Source: Galemys pyrenaicus
Lineage: Eukaryota
Length of the DNA stretch: 64,000 nucleotides
Direction of reading: 5' to 3'
NCBI GenBank assembly: GCA_019455555.1
Contig: JAGFMF010011380.1
Coordinates: 15,038,053-15,102,052, forward strand
A program made the position numbers and the translations under genes. Positions 54,543-64,000 of this stretch are shown one piece after another. The notes under the pieces are model-generated. The model did not search any database. It was given only the letters and a program-made list of their open reading frames with translations, and had not been told where the DNA came from. The first letter of the stretch is position 1. Each line of letters opens with the position of its first letter.

Positions 54543-55677
54543 CTGAAAAAGGAAAAAAGGTGCTGGGTTGGTGCCCTTATAACTTCAGCTGGTCTAGCTT
54601 GTTTATATCCGTACTACTTTATATGCTAAGAGACAGCAAAGTTCTATCCCCAAATCCACCACACAATCTTTCCAAACAATGGACACAAAGTTAGGACAGA
54701 GTAACAGAATGAAGAGTAGCCCACTAGAAACTGATGAAAACCTCCTGGGTTCAGACATACTGTTCTCCCAGCTACAGTGGGAGTCAAGTTATAGTACCCT
54801 TTTAGCATCTACAGTCTGACTGAGTTTGGTGGGCTTACTTCCAGAGCTCCCAGGAGACAAGAACTTTGGCAAAGAGGGATTAGAGTTGGTTCTTGGGCCA
54901 CTTCTGGGTCACAGTGATGACCAACTTTTGTATACCTGTTACTTGGTACACAGGTATGTCTGAGTCCTCCTGGATTCTTGACACCTGGTACTGATGACAG
55001 GACCAACCTTGATGGGGCTGTAGGCAAATTCTCAGGGGCACGGGGCTGTGTCTATTACTGCCACCAGAACCGGGACAAGCAAGTCAGCTGCCTAAGTGTG
55101 AGCCTGCCTTCTCAAAACAGTTCTCCTCTGCTCTCGATTGTTCTGGGTTTTCAAAATTTCCTAAGTGGATTGTAAAGCTCCATAAAGGTACTTCTGTCCA
55201 TGGGCAAATGTCAAATAATCGTTGTTGAGCAGGCGATATGTGGGACATCTTACTCATCTTGTTGAATTCACTCTCAGTTTTAAAAGAGAGAATAACCATA
55301 TACACAAAATGGTCTTATATCTTTAAATATCATTATATCAATTTTTATAGTATAGTTTAAAATTATAAAATGTATAAATATTAACCACTGCAATGTCTAA
55401 GGTTGATTTTACTTTTGATGACGGTTAAGGTCAAAACTACAATCTTTACAGAGAAATAAGGCACACTGAGATTTTGGTTGAGGCTTCAGAAGTCTGTCAT
55501 GCTAGATATCACAAGTATTTCCAGTTGTAGAATCTTGAGCTGGTGAGAGCTCATTTTGAGTAACATTTGTTGCTAGTTTTTCAGGACTATTAATAATTTC
55601 CAAATTTAATATAATTTGGAAATAATCTATTCTGAAATGTTTTCAACAGTGTCTTATACTTTTGAAAAAGGCTGTAC

Positions 55678-55815
55678 CTCACTTTCTTTTTCTGGATGTT
55701 TTTCAACCCACATTCTTGGAAGATAGGCATCACGCAAACCAATGGAGAGAGAAAATCCACCACTGTCTAAGCAGCTACCATCCATAGTGCTGATGACAGC
55801 CTTGCAGTCCGTTCT
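55678..55815 (-). CDS. PARP4: PARP4-like exon
   Basis: It encodes RTDCKAVISTMDGSCLDSGGFSLSIGLRDAYLPRMWVEKHPEKESE, 46 codons. The splice acceptor is tttgtag and the donor is gtacagcc. Confidence 0.7.
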
Positions 55816-56202
55816 CTACAAAACAAACAATGGTGACTGTGAAGTAAATAATGGAGCAAGAGTATATTATCTCCTTTTATCTGTTGAGTAGCAAATCCTT
55901 GCATAACTTACCCAACTTGAATAAGAATCAATAACATATTAATAACCTTATGAATTGGAGATTTTAGAAGTATGATCGTTTTCATATCATACCCTCCTAA
56001 AATTCTAAGGTTGATAGATACACAGCCTAATTGATATACACAGTCTAATTTAGATAAGTCTGAGGCAATTTCAAAACTGGATCTAAAGATTATATATCTG
56101 TTTGTTCAGCTGGAGTTATCTGGATGTAGTGGAAAACACACTAAATAATCATGACTCAGAATATTTAATAAAAAAACCTATACCTTATTTAAAATTTGTA
56201 TA

Positions 56203-56468
56203 CTTTTTTAAAAATATTTATTTATTTATGCATCCAAGAGCTGGGTTCAGGCCAGAGGCACAGGAGGTGAGAGGATTCACCAGAGACAAAGCAGGGAGCA
56301 GAGCAGGCAGATGAACTGAAATACACTGCTGAGGGGAGCAGCAGGCGAAGTAGGAGAGGTCTGCTGTGCCATGTGTATCCCCTCCCTGGCCGGGGATTGA
56401 ACTTAAGCTCGTGTGCCATGGATGCTTCAGTGTGGCACTTATCCTGCTGCGCCAGCAGGGAGGTCCCC
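56203..56468 (-). mobile_element. tRNA-derived SINE, subfamily A
   Basis: It runs from aaaatatttatttatttatgcatccaagagctgggttcaggcc to ctgcgccagcagggaggtccc. Confidence 0.8.
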
Positions 56469-56533
56469 CGAAATTTGTACACCTCATTTAAAAATTATAT
56501 TTTCATAAATACAACTCTAAAAATGTAGCTTGG

Positions 56534-56606
56534 GCCTCCCTGGTGGCACAAGGAGGTTGAGTGCCACACTATGGGGCTTCTGCAGCCACTGCAGCACAAG
56601 TGGAAC
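56534..56606 (+). mobile_element. SINE 5' (head-only) fragment
   Basis: It reads gggcctccctggtggcacaaggaggttgagtgccacactatggggcttctgcagccactgcagcacaagtgg. No body or tail follows. Confidence 0.6.
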
Positions 56607-56888
56607 AATCAGACTTTCATCTTCTGTAATAGGAAATCAAAGAATAATTTCTAAAATAGATGAATCAAGACTGAGCAATAAAACAAATTATTTAAAACTT
56701 TGTAGTAGAAAATAATTAAAACATGTAGCGTAGTTCATCATCTCTAAGGCTCTGGTCTGGGGGGAGTCAGGGTGGAAACAAAGATGCTATTATTAATATC
56801 ATTTAACATTTTAAACCCTGTATATGTATTGCTTTGATAAAATAAAATTAGTGTCAAGAACTCAAGAAAAAGACAAATATTCACTAAC

Positions 56889-56967
56889 CTTTTGCTTTAG
56901 TTTATGTGTATCACTAGAAATGAATTCAATCATATGTGGCATCTCAATAGACATGCTCAAAGAGAAG
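56889..56967 (-). CDS. PARP4: PARP4-like exon
   Basis: It encodes (S)FSLSMSIEMPHMIEFISSDTHKLKQK. The splice acceptor is tttgatag and the donor is gttagtga. Phase matches the preceding micro-exon. Confidence 0.6.
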
Positions 56968-57125
56968 CTATCAAAAATGAAGAGAAAGTTGTGTTAGTCC
57001 AGGAGCTTAAATTTTAAACACCACTTGTAGTTGTTTCACATAATTTGCAGTGAAAATTAAACCATATGTCTAAATATTCATTGAATTATTGACTTTTTAA
57101 TATTATTTATATTTCCCATACTAAC

Positions 57126-57172
57126 CTTTGCTCTGTCCCTATTTCCTTTATAAAAATCTTCTTTACTTTACC
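57126..57172 (-). CDS. PARP4: PARP4-like micro-exon
   Basis: It encodes GKVKKIFIKEIGTEQ plus two nucleotides, matching human DTVEKICIKEIGTKQ as recalled. The splice acceptor is ttaacag and the donor is gttagtatg. Confidence 0.55.
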
Positions 57173-57907
57173 CTGTTAAAAGACAAACATATGGAATAAT
57201 TAAGTGTCCCATTATGTTTCACATGGAGACTCTAGGTTGAACGCAGTGTCACCAAGGCCAGTGCCTACAGGAGCAACAAGACAACTGGTTTCAGTTTAGA
57301 GGAGTGAGAGACAGAGCTGTCGTTTGTGAAATGATAGCAATATACAAGATGTGCATACATACATGCACCCGTATCACACAAACACAATTTGTACAAATAC
57401 TTGCAAAGTAGAATGTCTCAAAGAAAATATATCAAAGTATCAGCCAATAGCTTTGGGTTACTATATTTAGTGATGGAATTAAGGAATGGTTTCATTTTTT
57501 TCTCTTAGGCTTACTTGCATTCTTGACCTTCATGTAAATTCTGCACGATGACTGTGCAGTATAGACACAATTTTTTTCAGTTACTATTTATGCATTTATT
57601 AGAGGAGCTTTTTTATTGTATATATATTTTAAACTATTTTTCATTTTTTGTACAGTGTATATTTCTCATCCCCGTGGTATTCCCATCACCAATTCACCCA
57701 TGCACCATCACCATAGTCCCTTGTAGACACAATTCTTTAAAATAAAATATTTAGAAGTGTCAGAACAGAATTAAAAATACCCATTGAATTTACCTGTCTT
57801 TATTCATTTCAAAACATTATATGTGTTTACACATTACATGTGCCTACATATATAAAGGGCAGTAAAATCAACTTTATGCTAAAAAGATTAGATTATTTTA
57901 AGTCTTT

Positions 57908-58163
57908 CTTTTTTTTAATTTATGCATACAAGAGCAGGGGTATAGGCCAGAGGTGCAGGAGGTGAGAAGTTTCACCAGAGACAGAGCGGGGAGCAGAACA
58001 GGCAGATCGACTGAAATACACTGCTGAGGGGAGCAGTGGGAGAGGCAGTGGAGGTCTTATGCACCATGTGGTTTCCCCCCCGGCCGGGTATCGAACTCTC
58101 GTTGCTGTGCCGCAGATACTTCACAATGTGGTGCTCAACCTGCTGCGCCACCAGGGAGGCCCG
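57908..58163 (-). mobile_element. tRNA-derived SINE, subfamily A
   Basis: It runs from a poly-T plus aatttatgcatacaagagcaggggtataggcc to ctgcgccaccagggaggcccg. It lies in the PARP4 intron 91 bp from the exon that ends at 58254. Confidence 0.8.
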
Positions 58164-58253
58164 ATTAGATTCTTTTAGATGGCTTTTCTTCCCTATGCAT
58201 CAATCACACACACATACACAAGCTTCTTTAAATTTTATCATAAACATACAAAC

Positions 58254-58418
58254 CTGAAGGTTTTCATTCAAAGCTTTATCCTGTTGCCAGGGCGCTACTG
58301 TGGCAGGCATGAAGAAGACAGCAACGGTGCCTCGCATGCTGAGTTCTGTGATGTAGGTGATTTTGATAAGAACCTTTGCCTTAGGGGGTAAGTTTCCAAC
58401 ACTTACAGTAAAAACGTC
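58254..58418 (-). CDS. PARP4: PARP4-like exon (VIT domain)
   Basis: It encodes DVFTVSVGNLPPKAKVLIKITYITELSMRGTVAVFFMPATVAPWQQDKALNENLQ, 55 codons. The splice acceptor is cttgcag and the donor is gtttgt. Confidence 0.75.
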
Positions 58419-60827
58419 CTGCAAGAAACGTATTACTTAGCTTTCCACTCAAAAGCAAATACATCCTATGGCAGTTGATCTCTCTTATGACATAAACTAC
58501 TGGAAACACATTCCATCAGCCACCCCCTTTTGGCGGGGATGATGTGAAGTCTCGAAGACACAGGGAAAGGAGGCCTTGGGCAGCAGGACCCAGCTCTGGG
58601 GGAATGCCAAAAACCTTTTGCCATCTTCAGATGAGCTTCATAATTCTTAGGGAGGAAAGAACAGATAAAACTGACTTCTGAATTGGAGTGGGAGGAGGCT
58701 AAAGGAATTTGTAAGTAGAGATGAGGTAGCTAGTTTAAGGAAATGAATGAAAGATTGGATGAGCTGCTGCTGAGAATGGAGCAAAGAAATAAAGCAGGGA
58801 GAAGAGGCCTGTGAAATAGCATGTGAGCACTAGTGAGCAGTGTGAGAACACCGCTGTTGCTCTCTGCTGTAAGACATGCTTCCTCCAATGCTATCCCATT
58901 TTCTTATATAAAGAGGCTTGAATCTTAGCAAATCTCTGTACAACATTTGATTTACAAATTATTTTTATTTCAACCCCTTATATGTCTAAAGTCAATCTGC
59001 TAGTCTTCTGATAGTTGGGAACATTTTTTAGATATGCGTGCATATCAAACATGTGCATATATTAGTAAACTAATATCCTGATTACTCTGAATATTACATA
59101 TATTATATATGTTGTATATATATCCTACATTTGTGTATAATGTTACCAATGACCAGAAGACTAAGAAATATATATCTATAATGATGTAATATATTATAGT
59201 GTGAGGACATTACAGCCACTTGATGGCAAAAAACATTTTGAGAGACCCAAAGCCTTGAAGTTAGCAACAGCTCTCACCAAACTTTACCCATAAGTAATAT
59301 CCTTTGTGAAGACTGTTTTTCTGTGGACCATATTCCTAGGAGAATATGGGTAGAATCTAGGAGGAAACATGCAGACCAATTCAAATATGACAATAACTAC
59401 TGTTAAATAGCAGTCTGTCACATGAACCCTTAGCCTTCATAGCTACACTGCCAGGGGGTAGCACTAGAATTGTCTAATAATCACCTCTTCCTTGCTTATT
59501 CCCATTCAGCAAAAGGATATTTTAGATGTGCATAGCATTAGCAGCACCACACTGTCAAAGAAATGGAAGTCATGGAAAAGGCTGTACAATGTAGGATGCT
59601 GCTGAAAGAGCAAGATCCAGACCTTTTTATCAATAGAATAATCATATAGCATCAATTATGTGGGAGTAGGAGAATAAAGAAAAAGGGTGGGTGAAACTGA
59701 AAATGTGCTTATGGGCTTCAGGTGAGTCTGCTGACCAGGTATTTTTTGTATCTGTTTGATAACCCATATTGCAATGGAAACCATACCCAGACCCCCACGC
59801 ATGGTTCCAATCTTATCAATAAGGCATTTAGCTGATGAGTCTCTTGGAGGCAAAGTCACACATTCCTCTCCCCTCAGTTCCCAGTTATATCTGATGATGT
59901 ACACCCATTTCCCCAGGGCATTCAAGCATCCTGCTCTTGTTTAACTTGAAAGGAGCTTTGTAGGGTTTGGAATATTACAATCTTTTAGGGCAGATAACTG
60001 ATTGACCCTGTTGTTCTGACCTTCTATTGGAATGCAGAACTGCATATAACCAAAATGGCAACCCAAGTAGGCCATTTAAGTCTAGTAGACCCACAGATGT
60101 CAAAAGTAATCATTATCCCTTACATCTACAGAAATTTTTAATAATTATTTCTCTAAACAAGAACTTTTCACAATCCTATGGCAGTGTGTCATCATTAGAG
60201 AGGCTAGCTGAACCATACAGTCCTATCTTTAAAAACAAACAATGAATATACCTACACTAGAGATACTGATCCTAGATACATGCAATCTAGGATCTGCCAA
60301 AGGTACACTGAAAACATCTTATATTTTAGAAAAGAAATCCAGTGGACATGATAGTTGTTCCTTATTCCATATTCTCCATAGTCCCATCTTCATTGAAGCA
60401 AAAGAGTCTAAATCTATCTTAGGACACTGCAGAAATGCCTCCCTGGGCTATGACTTGGTGAAAATTAGGTAAATTGCTAGGAAATCTTAGTTCTAGGGGA
60501 AATATAAGTATGTTATATTTCTTTATCAGAAGATGAAAATTATGTGCCCCAAATATTTTCTTTTTATCTTAAGTTCTCAAAAACTCATTTTCCAAGGGCA
60601 GAAAGGGTGCTCCTTATTTGTTTGGTAATACTGACCTACTTCCAACTTGATTTAAATAAGTCAGATAAGTCTGGTCAGCTTGACATCCTTTGGCTAAAAA
60701 GCAAGCAAAACTCGAGGGCTTAAAATAGCATAAATTACCCTCGTAAGAATTTCACGTTTCAAGTCATTTCCAAGTCTTTCCCTTTCTAGTAAGTAAGCTT
60801 GGTTAGTGGATAAAAATCACTTCCTAC

Positions 60828-60914
60828 CGGGGCATCCTGATCCATCAAGTATGCACCATGGCCTTGACTGATGGCTTCTCGGTATTCTCGCTGGGCTTGT
60901 TCCTTCTCCTTAAT
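60828..60914 (-). CDS. PARP4: PARP4-like exon (VIT domain)
   Basis: It encodes IKEKEQAQREYREAISQGHGAYLMDQDAP, 29 codons. The splice acceptor is tttccag and the donor is gtaggaa. Confidence 0.7.
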
Positions 60915-61330
60915 CTGGAAAAGATGATTTATATACGTTATAATGTGATTTCAGACATCAATAAGGACAATTTCATCAATGTTTATTAAAAGCTTGACAA
61001 AAAAACTAAGACTTTCTCCAAAATGAATGGAAACATAATAATCACTGATTATATAATAGATAAATCATCCAATAGAATTTAAATCAGAGCAGGCCAACTA
61101 AAGAGAATTATCCTTAAATGGGACCGAACTGTTTCAGTGTCAATAGTGAAAAAAAAAAAGTCTGGGACTTTATGTAGAGCAAAAATAATTACAGATTAAG
61201 TTTATCTTAAATTTAATACAATATGAGCTATTACATGAGATGTCGCATGTGGGCTAACCTTAAGAATAAACAGAGAATAAACTAAATGTTACTTTTGTTG
61301 GTATAATTTTTCTTAAAAAGTTACAATAAC

Positions 61331-61588
61331 GGGGTCTCCCTGATGGTGCAGTGGGTTAAGCAACACACTATGAAGCAAACTGCAGTTACTTCCCCCAGCC
61401 AGGGGTGTGACCCACATGGCGCAGCAGACATCTGCTGCTGGCCCGCTGTTCCCCTCAGCAGTGTATTTCTGTCCATCTGCCTGTTCTGTTCTCCACTCTG
61501 TCTCTGGTGAATCCTCTCACCCTCCACATTTCTGGCCTGTACCCCAGTTCTTGAATGCATAAATGGAATAAATCTTTTTTTAAAAAAG
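61331..61588 (+). mobile_element. tRNA-derived SINE, subfamily A, with an intact 15-bp target-site duplication
   Basis: The head reads ggggtctccctgatggtgcagtgggttaagcaacacactatgaagcaaactgcag. It has an internal deletion. Copies of aaaagttacaataac flank it at 61316-61330 and 61586-61604. Confidence 0.8.
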
Positions 61589-61921
61589 TTACAATAACTG
61601 CAGTTGCATCTCTACCAGGATGCAAAGGATCAGTGTTTGCAAAAATACATAAGGGTTTCACCAATTTTCCAATTTGCCTCTCTTACAATTTTAATATTAA
61701 ATTTCACTCATTTTTGACTGATGAAAAAGACAAGGCAAGTAGTGACAGAAACAAGTTCATCAGGGAGTAATGTCTGAAAGGAGGGTAATTGTGTTAGTAC
61801 TTGGTTGTTCAAAGAATATTTTTGTTTTGTGAAAAGGCCGCTTACTCAGATGATGAGCTTAGGTAAATAGGAAACTGACCTTGACACCAAAGAGCAGTCA
61901 CAATACATTTTCTCCTCTTAC

Positions 61922-62053
61922 CTCTCCTACTACATGCTTCCCATTGATAAATGCTTCAAAACCACACACAGCTGCCTTGTCATCCAAAGGAAAAATATAT
62001 TTTGCTTCAATGGGTACGGGACTGTGATTTGTGTATGTCTGAAAAACAATGAC
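61922..62053 (-). CDS. PARP4: PARP4-like exon (VIT domain)
   Basis: It encodes VIVFQTYTNHSPVPIEAKYIFPLDDKAAVCGFEAFINGKHVVGE. The FPLDDKAAVCGFEAFING stretch is the VIT-domain signature. The splice acceptor is cttcag and the donor is gtaagag. Confidence 0.75.
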
Positions 62054-63497
62054 CTGAAGAAAAAAATTCCATACAATAATGAAACCATATGGGACAACAT
62101 TTATAGGAATAACTACTAACAAAAATAATTATATTTTCTTAAAATTCTCTAAATTTTTATTATGTTCCTTAAATTGCCAGCAATAGCTTCAGTGGCTGGA
62201 GCATTTTACCACTGCAGTGTAGAGTCCTTGCCACATGATAAAATGCACAGGTACTATTTAGGTAGTTCCCACATTCCTAACTGGAACAACTGAAGAGTTG
62301 CTAGAAGAATTACAAATAACAGCTTAACAGAAGCAATGGAACTTTTATTTAAAAGGCAGAAATTAGACACTTTTATGTGTGGGTCTTCATGCCTCCTTGG
62401 TGCCATGTGGGCCCTGATACCGTTCCAGAATAATTCTTATAGCCAACCTGTTTTCAGGTCTTGGCATTTCCTCCTTTGCTTCTTTGCACATAGCCCTCTG
62501 ATGGCTTCTCTCATCTATCCTTCTCTCTCCCAGCTAGTCCACTCTTGAATCAAGCTTTTCTACTCCTATCTGCCATCTCTATTGTTACTGAATTAACTTT
62601 TCTCAACAAACTGTTAATTACACATCACTTACTCAGGAAAAGGCTGAAGTCTTTATATATTTGGAAAAAAAAACACCTTAGACATATAATAAATAGTAAA
62701 AACATAAATATATGGCAACGATAAAGCAAAAATATTTATCCATTTGAAATCAGTAACATCTGAGAAAAGACGAAAATGAAAAATAAAAAGCTAACACTCC
62801 AAAATGCTATTCACAACAAGATTTACTCTAAGCTAGGCAGCCTCTAGAGTGTGGGGGGACACCAGGCAAGATTTTTGAGAGGCATCTATGTAAACAATTT
62901 GAGTTTCTCAAAATCAGCAGGTCAGTATTCTCCCCGGGACCAGACCTCCTACACACCTACAAATGAAGGCCTTACTGGTCTGTGGAGGCAACTGGTCACC
63001 AGACAGATTCCCCTGGAACTGGGGTCTAGCAATGCTAAAGATGATTCAACAGATTTGAGTCCAGAGTGTTTTTTTTTTTTTGGTTTCTAAGTGACCTGAG
63101 CGATAGGTCAGAGAACACCTGGCAGGGTGACTGACTGGGAGGATATCATGAGCTTTCCCATTGTGCACAAACACCCTCTATTCTTCTCTTGGATATTCAT
63201 TTTCACCAATCTTTTCCTGCTTTCATTTTACTGTCTAGAACCAATAACTATCTAACATATTTTGTATTTATTTATCACGTTTATTGCCTAGTCACAAAAC
63301 ACAGTACATCCTCTATGAGGGAAGTTTTCTTATTGTTTGTGGTGTATACCCAGACACTAGAACAGTGCCTGGCCTGTTCAAAGATTAAACAAATTTTAGA
63401 AATGTCTGTTTTGTTTAGTTTATGCATCTGTAATCAAATTCTCACTCATGATTTATGTCCATTCAGTTTAAGTACTGTGAAACTACAAAGAGCATAC

Positions 63498-63614
63498 CTG
63501 GGCTACAAAGTCTATTATTTTTCCCTTGATGTGAACGTCCTCAAGAGGAACCAAGTTCCCAGAGGTGTCCTGAAGGCCAGCCTTGATGTTGTCGTCAGGC
63601 TTGCTGTCTGGTAA
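63498..63614 (-). CDS. PARP4: PARP4-like exon (start of the VIT domain)
   Basis: 39 codons reading LPDSKPDDNIKAGLQDTSGNLVPLEDVHIKGKIIDFVAQ. The splice acceptor is tatcag, the donor is gtatgc, and it is in phase with the next exon. Confidence 0.65.
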
Positions 63615-64000
63615 CTGATAATCTACATATTAAAAACATCAATGTTAGCTTTTAAATCCATCCATGTACAGTATATTTTTGTTATGATAATTCAAAAGGA
63701 AGGAGTAACTTCTTCCCTTTATATGTGTTATTTTAGGAAAAATGGGGAAAAAGCATCTTATGGCTTTTAGTAGTCAACTCTGAAAGGTAAGTAAACCCAA
63801 GTAAGTATCAGCAGCCACTCTGCCTTTTTAACTGAGAGCTTGAGGCATTATCTTGAAAGCTGAGAGTCATGCTGTTACTTAAAGGACATATTTTTAGTAT
63901 ACACTCAAGTACATTAATGTTATAAGAAAATCTACATAAGTATAGCTTTAGTATGGATCTAGGTATCTGTATCCCCTGATTTTTTCATTTTGAATTAGTC

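Overview
This window is mammalian nuclear DNA, not prokaryotic, so no operon or defence-system interpretation applies. It holds the 5' half of MPHOSPH8 (M-phase phosphoprotein 8, chromodomain) on the minus strand, with coding exon 1 inside a CpG-island promoter at ~25.8-26.7 kb and further exons at 14.8, 9.4-10.3, 8.4 and 7.0-7.2 kb. Upstream of it, also on the minus strand, lies the 3' two-thirds of a PARP4-like (vault PARP) gene: 18 exons from the VIT domain through the vWA domain to a 1,635-bp exon carrying a tandemly expanded poly-proline array. Introns and intergenic DNA carry a very dense tRNA-derived SINE family (about 30 copies in both orientations, two subfamilies, several with intact target-site duplications), several 5'-truncated L1 fragments and one retroviral-LTR-like block. 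Gene identities rest on my own recognition of the protein motifs and on recalled human MPP8/PARP4 sequences, because no database search was possible. Exon ends were placed by eye at AG/GT splice sites with matching reading-frame phase and should be good to within a few bp.
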